Assembly (NCBI GenBank): GCA_951406725.2
Contig: OX597818.1
Coordinates: forward strand, 64,108,001 to 64,172,000
DNA: 64,000 nucleotides
From: Octopus vulgaris
Taxonomy: Eukaryota
Direction of reading: 5' to 3'
The notes below the pieces were generated by a model. It saw only the letters and a program-made list of their open reading frames with translations. It was not told the origin of the DNA and made no database searches. Positions 41,524 through 56,140 of the stretch are shown here, piece by piece. Each line of letters opens with the position of its first letter. Position 1 is the first letter of the stretch. The position numbers and the translations under genes are program-made.

Positions 41524-41750
41524 GGTAATCCAAACATGAAAACACAAAGAGAAAACACAACAACGCGAGGACGTGGAACAAGCATAGTGTTATTGGATGC
41601 TCAGGAAAGAAGGGAAGAAGGAGGGTATAACGTTTCGAGCGGAGCTATTCGTCAGAAACATAGGAAAAGAAAAGATCCAAAGAAGGGAAGACGGAGGAAA
41701 AAAATCGCCAACGGTAACACGCGGTCACATCTTGAATGACCGATCACGTA
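41524..41750 (-). mobile_element. TA-embedded short element with a minimal hammerhead (41625-41659)
   Basis: Minus strand reads gttt-CTGACGA-a-tagc tcc gctc-GAAAC-GTT-atac. Second copy at 50088-50220. Confidence 0.72.
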
Positions 41751-42543
41751 TATAAATGCATACACATACATATGCATACAGTTGGGTATGTAGAGAGATA
41801 CATTGTGCTTTGCAATGCTAATATTTAATATTTGCACAGTGTAGCGTATTTTTGCATAAGCTGTACCTCTATTTTAGAGCAAATTACTTTAAGTACAATT
41901 TATAATTTTGATCGATTTGGCTTCACTTACGTACAGATGTTGACAGAGGTGTACTGGAAAATTTTGAATGAATATATGCACACAGATTTACACACGCATT
42001 TATCTATATTTATAAACAGTCACATTCAGTGACGTAAACGCAAGCACAATGTGACAGACAAACACTTAGGTACATATAATTCTAAACCGGTTTTTGAAAG
42101 TACACACGTGTCTTTGTAACGGCCAATACCCGTTACTACTTCCGAATCTTTAAAAAGCCTCTGTGCGTGTTATGATGTGATAACGTTGTCAAACAGTCAT
42201 AGATTTCGCCATACTTACGCCTCGGTATTCTTCCTAATATCGTTGGTAATGTTACAACTGTGGAGAAGTATATTTACATTTTGTTCCCATTTCGTTTCAA
42301 CATCTGAAGATGATGAAAGTACAGTAACAAACATGTAGACACACACACAGACACAGACACATGCACACACACACATACACACACACACACACACATACAC
42401 ACACACACATGCTCACACACACACACAAACGTATGCATATACGTATATATTTAATGATATAAATACTGACAAACACACACACGTGTTTATATATATATAT
42501 ATATTTATTTATATATATGTGTGTGTGTGCGCGTGTATATATG

Positions 42544-42586
<43 letters not shown>

Positions 42587-42616
42587 TATATATATATGTG
42601 TGTGTGTATATATATA

Positions 42617-42663
<47 letters not shown>

Positions 42664-43596
42664 AATATATATATATAACTATATATATATTATTATGCAT
42701 TATGCAAGTATGTATGTGTTTGTACGTGTGTGTGTTTGCGTGCATGTATGTATATGTGTGTATTCTTGACGGCTTCTACAAACATTGTGAATTTCTTTCA
42801 TATGTTAGAAAATACAAAGTGAACGGAGAACAACATGCCTACATCAAACTGTTTCTTTTACCTTTTTATCAATTGTCACATTACTTGTATAACAAAGAAA
42901 GTTGAATTCATTATTCAAAAATAGACGGTCATGCAACACAACTTGCCCTTGCCACCGATAGAGATACGTCAAAGTGTATTTGATACAATCTACTGCAATC
43001 AACAATCTCGTGTCAAAAGCTGGCGAACTGTATTAGTATATCCGTTGATTATTCTTAGCGTTCGCGTGCCAACGGCCAGCATATTGATCTCACGTGACGC
43101 ATGCGATAATCGTATATTTCTATGTTGGAAGGTTTGTGTGATTTCAATATTTCTTGCTTTACGAGCAGGAATCTTATTACTGCTGTGAATGGAGCCCGTC
43201 TGATCAGGTAGACAGATTTGCATGGCAACCTAAGTAAATACAGCTTTTGAGAAATTTGTTTTCTACAACTTGCTTTAGTTTACCATACAGTGACAGCTTG
43301 TATTAGTAAAATATATTTATGTATTTATCTTATAATACATTTCTGTTTTTTTTTTTTGTAAGAAAAGCCAGCTACCGGTTTGCAGATCAATGAAATACTA
43401 CTTCAATGTTACAATAGGTCGCCGAAAAAATAATGTTATTATCGTGTCTACATTGTGTAATGTATTGATAAGTAAATATGTTGAATAATACGTATTTAAA
43501 AATTGTGTTTCCTTTCTTCTTTATGGTGAATAAATGATTTAAAATCAGCCATGTTATTAATCCATAGAAAACTAACGTATATCGTATGTGCAACGT

Positions 43597-43826
43597 TCTT
43601 TTATTCTTCTATTCTTTTACTTGTTTCAGTCATTAGACTGCGGCCGTGCTGGAGCACCGCCTTTAGTCGAAGAATCCGACCACAGGACTTATTCTTTGTA
43701 AGCGTAGTACATATTCTATCTGGCTATTTTGCCGAACCGCTAAGTTGCGGAGACATAAACACACCAGTATTGGTTGTCAAGCGATGATGGGGAGAACAAA
43801 TACAGACAGAAACACAAACACACACA

Positions 43827-43892
<66 letters not shown>

Positions 43893-44468
43893 ATATAGTG
43901 TAATAAATAAAATATATGCATACATACAAACATTTATGTACGTACCTACATCTACATGTATATATACATGCATATATAAATATATATACGTATGTACAGG
44001 ACACCACAAATAGACGTAGAACTCAACGACAAACGAAAACGTAAAAACAGCATGGAACGGACCATTTTTTTAACAACGAAAAAACAGAGTACAAGACAAC
44101 TACACAAGGAAAAATACCCTTCATCAGTTGTCCCAACCTGGAGTTGAACTCCAGCGTAGGGACAGCTGATGAAGGGTATTTTTCCTTGTGTAGTTGTCTT
44201 GTACTCTGTTTTTTCGTTGTTAAAAAAATGGTCCGTTCCATGTTGTTTTTACGTTTTCGTTTGTTGTTGAGTTCTACGTCTATTTGTGGTGTCCTGTACA
44301 CACGTATATATATTTATATATGCATGTATATATACATGTAGATGTAGGTACGTACATATATGTTTGTATGTATGCATATATTTTATTTATTACACTATTG
44401 TATGACTGAGCGCCTTCGCGTCGTTTCGATTCGTTTGGTTTGGTTTCGTTTCTTCTTCTTCTCTAAGC

Positions 44469-44510
<42 letters not shown>

Positions 44511-44616
44511 GACGGGCTTCTTTCAGTTTCAATCCACCAAATCCACTCACAAGGCTTTGGTCGGCCCGAGGCTATAGTAGAAGACACTTGCCTAAGATGC
44601 CACGCGGTGGGACTGA
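43597..44616 (-). mobile_element. SINE family 1 split at its internal TA tract by the 43895-44473 insertion
   Basis: 3' part at 43597-43830 and 5' part at 44509-44616; collinear with intact copies. Confidence 0.85.
43895..44473 (+). mobile_element. Foldback element: ~504-bp palindrome plus ~75-bp tail, in (TA)n
   Basis: 43895-44145 pairs with 44147-44398 (centre 44146, a few mismatches). A non-foldback relative lies at 61817-62290. Confidence 0.85.
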
Positions 44617-44854
44617 TGGTAGACTTGATGGTGTTGAAAATAACTATGGCTGACCATTGATGAGATTTCACGATATCAAAACCATAGCAAATAATTAAAC
44701 CAGAACGTTGACAATGTTGGTAGCAATTCCAAACAAAACTATGCCACTATATCTTCCGAATACTTTAAAATTTTTAAGGATACACACACGCATACACACA
44801 TACAAACACATACGCACATTTATATATATGTGTATATATATATATATATATATC

Positions 44855-44907
<53 letters not shown>

Positions 44908-44919
44908 TATATGTATATA

Positions 44920-44962
<43 letters not shown>

Positions 44963-44979
44963 GTATATATATATATATC

Positions 44980-45029
<50 letters not shown>

Positions 45030-45427
45030 TATATATATGTATATATATATATACTAATTAGCGGAAGAACAGACAAATTAACAATCTGAGGATTTCTCGC
45101 GTTGGCACTGATCAAACTATTTTGATAAGTGCTAACGCACGAAAGCATCTAGTCTCGAGTAATTCTGATGCTTCCTTTAAATATTAACAAAAATATACAG
45201 ATGCTCATATTTTCAGTTCTGCTTTTCCTGTTTTCATCTTTATACTTGTATATATGTATAAATATATTAGCATATATAAAAACTTGCATATATACATGTA
45301 TATTTATACATATGAATATACATATATGTATTCATATAGGTATATTCATACATATATATGCATGCATAAATATGAGTGTGTGTGTATACATATATATGTA
45401 TGTATATACATACATATATATATATAT

Positions 45428-48156
45428 AAAACTTAGATAAAACTTAGATATGTTTCGACCAGAGATTGGTCCAGGCCATGTCTAACTTAATAGCACCACC
45501 TGATAGGATTATTCGAATCCTGTTTAAGTCAAGTTTTGTTCAAGTAGTGAGTTCTTGTTGGGTGAGTTGTATCCAATTATGGGTGGCTTGTCTGGTATTC
45601 TTTGAAGGAATCCATCCAGACTCTGTTTGAAGTTGATGGGATCCTTTTCCTCTTTGATCTCCCTCGGGACAATGTTAAATAGGGCAGGGCCTGTTGAGGA
45701 AAAGAAATTATGTTGCAGTGTACATGTATGTTGTGATCTTGAATTTGGCAGGGGACGTATAGCCCGTGGTCCAAGTCTCGGATGAACCTTGAAGCTAATG
45801 TTTAGGTCGTTTGGGCAAAGTTGGCGGCATATTTTCCACATCGTACAAATGATGTACCGCTCACGGCGACGCTGGAGGGAGTAAAGTTTCAAGGCTTTAA
45901 GGCGATCCCAATAGTCGAGAGCAGCCATGCCTTCAATTTGTTTAGTGAGAGCCCTCTGGGGTGACTCAATTCTGGAGATGTTTTGTCTTGTGTGAGGAGA
46001 CCACAGTGGGCAGCAGTATTCAAGGTGTGGCCGTACAAAGGATGAAAAAAGTGGTATGATGACACCTTGTTCTCTGGACCGGAAAGTTCTTAAGATCCAG
46101 GAACTCATCCTACGAGCTGTATCGACCTTCTTGTTGATGTGTGCACTCCAACTGAGATCGTCATCAACAATTACACCCAGGTCTCTGATATTGTTAGAGG
46201 CTGTGAGCGGTTCCCCTGAAGGAAGAGAGTATGGTTGTTTTAGTGAGGAATTTCTTCCAAAATGCATCAGCTCAAATTTTCCCTCATTCAGTTGCATTTT
46301 GTTTCTGTCTGCCCATTGACTCACAGCATATAGGTCAGACTGGAGTTGAGTTCGGTCTGCTTCTTCATTGACGATTTGCTGGAGCTTAGTGTCATCAGCG
46401 AATATTTTCACTTTGCAGTGATGTACGACACTGGAAAGGTCGTTTACATAAATTATGAAGAGTAGCGGACCCAAAACAGTTCCCTGGGGAACACCGCTGG
46501 TGACTTTTGCTGGGTTTGAGTGGACTCCATCAACTACAACATGTTGTGTTCTATTCGCTAGGAAATACTGAATCCAGTGTAGAACTTTTCCACGGATTCC
46601 AACATTTGCCAATTTTGAGAGTAGGATGTTATGGTCTACCCTGTCGAACGCTTTACTGAAGTCAAGGTATATGACGTCAGAGTTCGAACCTGTTCCCAAG
46701 GCTTTGAGTACATCTTCAATGTGGTGTAAGAGCTGTGTTAGACAGTCCCTGCCACAGCGAAAGCCATGTTGATTTGAATTTAGGAGTTTGTGGGTCTCCA
46801 GGAAGTCAGCTATCCTTGATCTTAACACTCTTTCAAACACTTTAATGATGTGGGAGGTGAGTGAGATTGGGCGATAGTTGACTGCGAGGGATCTGTTTCC
46901 CTGTTTGAAAACCGGGATGACCGACTGGGATAGAAACTTATTCGGTATATAACCTGCGTCTAATGAGTTTCTCCAGAGGTTGGTCAGAGGGACTGCAAGT
47001 TGATATCTACATTCCTTCAGGAGACTGGCGGGAAATCTATCAGGGCCTACAGCGGAGTAATGTTTGACCTCATTTATTGCTGCTACGATGTCGGTGGCAG
47101 TGAAGGTTATGTCTGCGATTTTGTGTTGGGAGTCAGCTTCGTTCGTTTCCCTCACATCAATATCAGTGGGAACACTGAAGACAGAGCAATATTGTTTCTG
47201 CAGTATTTCTGCCATTTCTTTAGCATCGTGTTGGGGAATGCCGTTTTCATCAATCAATGGCCCAATAGGTGAGACAGTGGTTCTATGCTTATTTGCATAA
47301 GAATAGAACACTTTTGGGTTCTGTTTGATGTTTTTGATTACCCATTGTTCCTCCACAGCTCTTTGATTTTCAATGGAGGTTTTCATGTTAGTCTGCAGAT
47401 GAAGTTTTTCCAGCTCTAGTCTTTTCATTGTTGTTGAATGTGGATGTTGCGTGTGGGAATATTTTAATTGGTTGATTTTTTTGTTGAGTCTTTTGATGCG
47501 CCTGATGAGTGTTTTTTTCTTTTTAGGGAGCCGGTTTCTGTTTGTGTTAGTAGATTTCTTGGGAGCGTGTTTAGAGCATGTGTCAGTGACAATGGTTTCA
47601 AAGTGCTGCCACGCGGTCTCAATATGAGGGGAATTGAGAGTAAAAGACCAGTCGATGGAAGACAGATCCTTTCTGATTGTTCCCCAGTCCGCTTTGTGGA
47701 AATTTATGCTGTCAAATGGGTGCCATGGAGTGGGATTGGCTGGTTTGGTTTTTATACGTCGGGAATTAAGATTGCAGAGTACCATGTCGTGGTCTGAGAG
47801 GAGAGTTTTTTCGACTGAAATGCTGTGAACGTAGCTAGAGTGATTGGTCAGTACCAGATCCAAGATCGTTTTATTCTGTCTCGTTGGTTCAAGCACTAGC
47901 TGAGTCAGGAAATACTCATCCATCAGATTAAAGAGCAGTTCTGCTGCTGCCCTATCTGATGTAGAGCACTTGCCTAACTTCGGAGTATTTGTGGGCCAGT
48001 TCACATGAGGGAGGTTAAAATCACCCATCACTATTATGTTTCCGGAGTGGTACTTCCGAAGGAAGGACTTGACTTTGCTAAGGCACTCTTCAAAGTACTT
48101 TAGAGGTGCCTGGGGAGGCCTGTAAAGACCAACAATGGTTATGTCCTTGGCTTTGT

Positions 48157-48160
<4 letters not shown>
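45428..48160 (-). mobile_element. Young, 5'-truncated CR1-clade LINE flanked by (TA)n
   Basis: Uninterrupted ORF2, a short 3' UTR with a gacca/tggtc hairpin, and a tandem tail (atctaagtttt)x2 at 45428-45449. Confidence 0.93.
45524..48160 (-). CDS. LINE ORF2: partial APE endonuclease plus reverse transcriptase (CR1-like)
   Basis: YRPP, GDFN, PTR..LDLVL and SDH (APE); [43 protein letters not shown] and RDLGV (RT); RPHLEYC..WSP and [10 protein letters not shown] (CR1-type C-terminus). The N-terminal ~65 aa of the listed 945-aa ORF are TA-repeat read-through. Confidence 0.93.
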
Positions 48161-48225
<65 letters not shown>

Positions 48226-48245
48226 TGCTACATATATAGATAGGT

Positions 48246-48286
<41 letters not shown>

Positions 48287-48329
48287 CAGACAGATAGATA
48301 TATATATACATACATATACACAGAATCTT

Positions 48330-49360
48330 TTGAGAATGTCGACCTTGATATGAATTGCCACCTGCTGTGTAATGTGTAATCAAGGCAGAGTTGGAAAACT
48401 TGGAAAATGGCTACATGATCTTCTAAGTGAGAGAAGGCAGGTAGTGGTGATCGATGTGACCAGCTCTAAGGTAAACAAATAATGAGTGTCGTTCGACAAA
48501 TCACTGTCTTTCGGCCGCTGCTATTCACGGTGATCCTCTCTGACTTGCCCTTAACTGCTCAAGTAGCCACTATTGCTAGGTATGCAGATGGTTCAAATCT
48601 CTCTCATAGAATACAGAATTTCGGAGATGTTGCGAATCTGCATAATGAGTTGGACGCAATGTACAAGTAGGCTTAGGAAAATAACACGCAGTTTAATGTT
48701 GAAAAATTACATGTCCAGTGCGACCAACAAAGAAACTCATTGATGAGATACAATGGTGCAAGAGAGATTGTGATCCCTGAATGAAAATTTATGCATGGCC
48801 TTGTCATCAACATGAGTAATGATTCATCTTTCCAGGTGCATATTACCGAATTGGAAAAGAATGCAGGCACTTGGTCGGATGGATCCTTCGATGTTTCGAA
48901 ATGAGAGAAATGGCATCCATGATGGTTCTCTGGAGGACGTTCTCCACAACCATCCGGATTACTGCTCCCAACCGTGTTCACCTAACATTGAAAATTTAAC
49001 GACGGAATTCCAGGCGATCTAACGCAACTACACAAAGAAGTTCGACAGAATGTGATATATCAGCTCCTGGGGGAGACTGAAAGAGTTAAGACTCTAATCC
49101 CTAGAACGAAGGCGGGAAAGATATGCAGAAATATATCCCTGGGAAATCCTAAGAAGACAAGTACCAAGCACTGGCATTGTAAGATATAAAAAAGAAACAG
49201 GACGGGGTACCACTGCATTGTACCCAAAATTACCATCAGAGTACAGGATCAGTTGAAGCAAGAGTTTGGGCTTCAAGGGCCTACTGCTTTTCAGTGTTCT
49301 CCCACAAAGCTTACGAGACCTGTATGGCATGGGTGTAGGCATTTCTAAACATAACTGTGT
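48330..49360 (+). mobile_element. Old decayed CR1-like RT and C-terminal fragment
   Basis: [49 protein letters not shown], with stops and frameshifts. Confidence 0.82.
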
Positions 49361-50014
49361 GCCCTTTCTTAACATAACTGAATGTCCTTCAGATGTGGGC
49401 CTTGTATCTTCGTTAGATAACAGCTTTATTCTCTAAGGGAGAATTTGAATAATTAACAACTACAATCACTTTCATACGTAGAAATATACATACCCTACAT
49501 ACCTTCATGTGTACATGAGTAATTAATGTTTGCATTGTAAATACATTTTAACGGCGATCAGGCATTGATATGAATACAAATAAATAATAAATAGTCACAA
49601 TCTATCTGCTTCCCTAAACTACAATATAACTCTACTTCTAAAAGCGATTCATTAATTATACAGACTTATTGTGTAGATAAGCAATATAGCTGGCATGATA
49701 TTGTAAGTTTAAGACATTTATAGAGAAAGGATTAACAATGGGAAAAAAGTCATGATTCTATGAAGTAACAATAGAGTTTCCCACTACGCATTCGATACGA
49801 TTGTATGATTTCAAGCAAATAGTTTATACTTTGCTTATATTTAATCCGGGTTCAGAAAACTTCACATCCCATTCGGTTATCTTTCATTTTACCCAAATTT
49901 TAATCAAAACCAAGGGCCAGATTGTCATTTAAATTGAGAAAGGAATTTTTGCTTGTAACTTAGTATAAATTCTGAAGTGACATAATGTATATAAGGTATC
50001 TGATATTCATATAA

Positions 50015-50087
<73 letters not shown>

Positions 50088-50090
<3 letters not shown>

Positions 50091-50215
50091 CTATGTTTCC
50101 GACGAAGAGCTCCACTCGAAACGTTAAACCCTCCTTCTTTCCTGGGCGTCCAATAATACTATATTTGTTCCACGACCTCGCGTTGTTATGCTTATTTTGT
50201 GTTTTCTTGTTTGGA

Positions 50216-50220
<5 letters not shown>
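50088..50220 (+). mobile_element. TA-embedded element with a minimal hammerhead (50095-50129)
   Basis: gttt-CCGACGA-a-gagc tcc actc-GAAAC-GTT-aaac; homologous to the reverse complement of 41524-41666. Confidence 0.72.
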
Positions 50221-50262
<42 letters not shown>

Positions 50263-51778
50263 GTATGCGCGCGCGTGTATATATATATATATATATTATT
50301 ACATATATATATATATATATGTCTGTGTGTACGTGTTTGTATACATGTATACATTAATGCATAAACGCATAGTTATATACATATGCATACGGGAATACCA
50401 AGGGGTCACTAAGAATGGGAAATGATCAGAAGTACTCTGTTCCTTCTAATATTAATGAAAAATATTTTTATATATATTTTTATAATTAGGTAGTATAACA
50501 TCAGTTCCGAAATTTAAACTCGATATATTTTGAATTAAACCAAAACACCATTGACAACATATTCTAATACATCAGCAAATTCTTTTCTTTTGTTGTTTTT
50601 TTTACCACAGCAATTCCCCATAATCATCATATCCTAAAATATAAACATATATATTGTACCAACTCAAATCCCTGTTGCCAAGCATTCCAAACATATAAGC
50701 ATGTATTTGTTTTACGATAGCAAATAACCCACATCAAAATATTTTATCATGTAAGCAGCTGTCAGAAATATATGGAAATTTTCGTGTTATTAATTATTCT
50801 AAATATAAAACACGTTGTCAGCATCGTTTGAGGTTTGGAAAATATGCCACGTATTAGATGCTTCCTTTTGTTATCCTCCAGATTACATATAATGTGGAGA
50901 ACAAGTAAAACATTCAACATGACAGCGTACATCTTACACGCTAACATTCAAGTGCTGAAGTCAATAGAAACGGCTAAATTTCTAGCATGTGTACTACTTG
51001 CATTGCGTTTGTATGAAAGATAATTATACATATTTAATCTCTGTGCGTATAAACAAGAGTGTGTATGTAATTTAACAAAAATGATTTTAAAGGAATATAG
51101 GATTTCAGCCATATCTTATTAATTTTCGGAAATATCCATTTTCGAAATATCTTTGTTGTTGTTTTCCTTTCTATTATTGTCCAAAATGTCTGGTTTATAA
51201 CATAAATGAATATGTAATTAGATTGATATTGCATTGCATTTGTGAAAACATATTCTTTGATCTATATTGAGAGGATATCGGAATCCTTCCTTAAATTAAT
51301 CCAGTTCTTGATCAGCGACACACATAATCTTAAATTAACTACGCTATTTAAGAGATAATTAAAAAGCATGAAGCAGCAATAATTTAATTTATAATTAGCA
51401 TAGGAAGTATTTATTCATATCGCAAAATAAATAAATAAATTTATAAAAGAGTAAAACGAAAATAGCAAATATGCACATTCCGGCAATTTTAGAAAGTACC
51501 TTTAATAAAGGAAATAATTCCCCCCAAAATATGTCTAAAAATATTTTAATTTATTGTTTGCGAATAATTTCTTCGGGTCACACCATGATTCATTTGCAGG
51601 CCTGTTGTTTGCCGATTTGATTATCATGTTAATTTGAATTATACTCTACATGTGCCTTGTGTTATATCTCTTTCGACGAAAATATACGTGTGTGTGTGTA
51701 TACAGTCACACACATAACACACGCTCATATATGTAGTATGAGTGCCTGTTTTTGCATATATATATTTGCATGTATATA

Positions 51779-51845
<67 letters not shown>

Positions 51846-52899
51846 GCATGTATGTGATGTGTGTGATAGAGAGGGAAAGAGAGAGGGAATGATTGTTTGT
51901 GTGTGTCTCTGAATGCCTGTACTGCATGTATGCATGTCTGTGTTTCTGTCTTTTATTTTTTAGGAATTTAGAAACTGCATTGGCTTTCGTTAAAAAAGGA
52001 AACGCAAAGAAACTGAATTATCAAGGTATCTCAAGAACGGTTAATGTCTCAAATATTATTTCCGATATGGCGAGGAAATGATATCTCTTCCTCCCACTTC
52101 GCGCATAAAAGTGCTAATATAAGTAGATATGTAAATTTTTCCACGAAATTTTGTATATGATCCCTATCTTATTCAAAGATCTATTTTCCACAAGAAGGGG
52201 TCATAATAAATGCAAATATCTGTTGTATTGTTATACTACTTTCTTTGCATTTTTTCAAGATAGTAATCTTTTACGGTTTAAAACAGCGTAACTACTACCC
52301 ACCACATAGTTAGGAAGATCCGTATACAGATGCACTCACGACACATAAATATGCATACCTATGAATATGTGTGTATGTGTGTGTGAGTCTTCATTTCCGT
52401 TTGCTCGTTTACACTAGCATAAATATGATATTTATTTCAAATTTAATGCAAACAAGAACCTGTATTTTATTTATCGAAACTTTTTTCTTCTCTCATTAGA
52501 AATTTCTACAATAATTTTCTATGAATATTAAGTTTAACTTTTTTCGATATGCAATGCTTTCTTCTTCCTAATAATGACATCACTACATTTTTTTATGTCG
52601 TGGTTTAATCTGAAAATTCTGTATATCAAAATCATCCTTTCAAAATTTAATGCAGAATTTCATTATGTCTGACATCTTTCAGAAAATAACACCTTTAAGA
52701 GCAACTCAATGTGAGGTCTTTAAACGTATCGCACAAGTCTTAGTTGGAAAAGTGTTCAGCAAAATATATAAGCTGTAGACATTGTTTCGTCCTCGTATAG
52801 TAGGATACTCCACGTTTTCAAACATTCTGTGCTACGCTGACGTGTGTTAACCTCGGGATTAAACCAAGGTCCGTGCCTCATTGATATTTTTAATAAACT

Positions 52900-53220
52900 T
52901 CAGAAAGAAATGACATTTGATATCGATGCAATATAATTGCAGTGGAAATCGTAATGATATACCTCATGTCAGTTTGTACGAAGCTCTCAAGTGTCTACCG
53001 TTACGCATCACAAGGGTTCAATGTGTGCAATATGTGAAAATACTGAACACAGCTTTCTTAGATATCAAAGGTTATTTGGAAGCCTCGACTCTCATAGTTT
53101 TATAAACTCAGGAAACATTCATATTGAGCAAGCCATTCCTAAGGCGTCATCACTAATAAGCTCCAAGGGTAGATAAATTGACCCTGCCGTTCTACTGGCA
53201 ATTCTACAATGGAACTTGCA
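52900..53220 (-). mobile_element. Possible decayed RTE-like LINE fragment
   Basis: Minus-strand fragments GQFIY, LGMA, KL*ESR and GRHLRAS fall in the expected RTE post-RT order. Weak. Confidence 0.35.
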
Positions 53221-53553
53221 TGGTTGTAGAGTAACGTTCGCAGCAGGGAATTTGAACTCAAGACCTAAAACATCGTGCCTTATTAAAACGAAACAATTTA
53301 TTACTATCATTCTGAATTAACCGACCAGTGACTTTTTCTAATATGCATATATGTACAATGATATAGGTTGTACATTACAAAGATCTTGGGATTTCCGAAT
53401 TCAAGAATATATCAGATATATTGGTAATCAGCTCTACCTATCATAGCAACGAAAATCACCTTTCGGCCTTCACATTTTTTTAATCACAAACACCAAAACT
53501 CATACACAGTCACATACATCAACTTAGATATGTATTTATATGAACGTAGGTAT

Positions 53554-53596
<43 letters not shown>

Positions 53597-56104
53597 GTGT
53601 GTGTGTGAGTATGTATATTCTCCCTCGCCAGAAAGAGAATGATAGAATATGACATAGCTACATAAAGATGCTTTGCGATATATTTTATGAGAAGAATTTT
53701 ACGAACACAAATGTAACTCGATAAGTGAGAGTGGGAATTTATATGTTACTAATTATTTACCATTGCATCTTATTTGACTGCTTCGGTTGAACTCTGACCT
53801 CTGCAAGTGAACACAATTCGTAAATATGGCAATCAGATACTTCCAACAATTCATTCATTCGCAAAAGCACGTCAAGATGCGAGACATAAATATCGACCAG
53901 TTTCTATTTGCAGACATTCAATAAATATGAATATTTTACTTTTTATTTACTAATGTTGTTTTTTTTCTGGAAATTTGACCAAATATTCCATAACTAAACA
54001 TATGAGTAAGACATTTATGATTTCATTAAAACATCATGTGAACATATTTTGACCTAACTACATTAATATACTTTATAATTATTGTGTACATTGTTATAGA
54101 ATTTGAGCCGTATACTTAAAGTACACTGGAATGTGTTGTGCTTGAATAAACATTGGCATTGCTGTCTGATTAAAAAGCTTGCTTTGCAGCCTATTGGGTT
54201 TGTGTTCCATTCTACTAGGTACCAAGGTGCGAGAAATTTTGGTAGGATAATGAAACGTGCGTCCTGGCCATATAGACATGTCTCATTTGGAGATGATAGC
54301 GGGATATCATTTTGGAAAATCTACTGATTATGTGGTTGATGCAGTTGCTGTTAACTCCAAAACCTCCATTATCGGTTTTCATATTTCGGTAATTTTCCTT
54401 CGTGTCTGGTTGTTTTACGCATCAGAAATTTGGCGACTATTTCTTCTTTTCGAATTTCAAACGCATACTATTCAGTGAGAATTTGCGACCCCCTTACAGG
54501 TCTACCATAGATTAATTTGAATATCAAAGGTGCTACCATCCTGGGGCTTTCTTCTAAGCTATCCATGCACGGACGTCTACTCATAAACAACTTCTTTGGG
54601 CATAAATTCAAGGCAATAATACAAGGAATGCTTTTCGAGAAGCTGATTTTGTAGTCTTATGATTTTATCTCCCTAATATATGCAAACGTAATCGACTCTT
54701 GATGGTTAAAAGATGCTGCCGTAGTGATATGATGTGATATACAAAGCTGACTACTGAGATGCTAAGCATCTGCCTCTTTCGTCTTTTGGTGAAGGTAGTT
54801 GAATCCACACTTGAAGGTAAAATTATTTGTTGGCTGAATTTTGTATTCGGGTTTCAAAATCAAGCGATATAATCCCATCGACTGTTCAAACACGTTGCTC
54901 AAATTTACTACATTGCATTTCTTTGTTCAGTATTTTACTGTAAGTAGGGAGTTCTGTGGTCCGTAGTGTTATACACTTTGAGGACGTATTTGTTCGAACA
55001 GGGAATACCATATGTTCTAATTTCCTCTAAATCTAGGTACCGTTGCATTTCTTAACAAATATCAGACAAACACTGAAATTACTTGAGATCTTGCAAGAAT
55101 TGTCTACAGTTTTCTCTCTTTTCCTCAAAAATAAATAACACTAAAGCAAATAGTTTGTGATATTCTCCAAATATAATACATTCGAGGTGCAACGAATGTT
55201 TCTAAAATATAATATTTTGGTACTTTCGAATTCGGATTCCTGCAGTTTATTTCGACACACAGTCAAGTGTAAACCGTAATATACGTTCAGGCACACCCCG
55301 TCACATATGCAGAAATGGATCAGGGTCAGCAGTGTAGTACAATCAAGCGTACCGACTATATGAGTGTATATGTAATAACACTCACACACATGTTCCCCTG
55401 GGTTTCGTTGTTATCTTGAAACAAGACTTTTATTACTGCTTCCAGCTGACAACTCCGCTTCAACGCTTGGTGCCATTCCGATATCCCACTTTTCATTCAG
55501 CAGTTTCTTATCTATTATGATCTTCGAATTCTCTCATAAAACACCAATATTGCCTCTACAATTTTCTCTTTGCACTAAATGCCACTTATTCGCTTATTCA
55601 AACGTTCCTTACAGCTATTTCTCCTCCTTTCTGGATTTTCCATTTTCTTCTAATAATCTGTACATTCCACCAAATCTCGCGCAACTTTTAAAATAAGATG
55701 TGTCATTTTTAGCAACGGCCTTGTTTTCTCTTCCCCACAAAACCTTGTTCTCTGCTTCAAATGCTAAAGCAAGTGTTCCATTTTTGTTACAGAAAAAAGA
55801 AACGTTTAAACTCGTTACCTTTTGCTTTTTCCTCTTACACTTGCACACACACACCTTCTGCGCTTATGCTTTTGACATACCATGTGTTTCATTAAAATCA
55901 CTATTCTTCTAAACAGGCACCCGCTTCCTCCACGTATGCACACTTTCACTCCAGCATCCAACCACTGCGCTTAGATAAAACACAAAATACCGCACATGCC
56001 CTAAAATATAATTTGATGATGAATGTTCATACAAGTTTGTAGCTTCGATATTGTGATAATAATAATTTAGGTTATACACATTGGACAAATTTTGTGACTA
56101 TATA

Positions 56105-56136
<32 letters not shown>

Positions 56137-56140
<4 letters not shown>

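Noticed and set aside
45450-45480. Hammerhead in the CR1 3' UTR (gacca...tggtc-GAAAC-atat)
   Set aside because: No CTGANGA upstream and no pairing NUH; better explained as the CR1 3' hairpin.
48161-48361. N-terminal extension and start codon of the 945-aa ORF
   Set aside because: TA/GATA repeat read-through; LINE homology begins near 48160.
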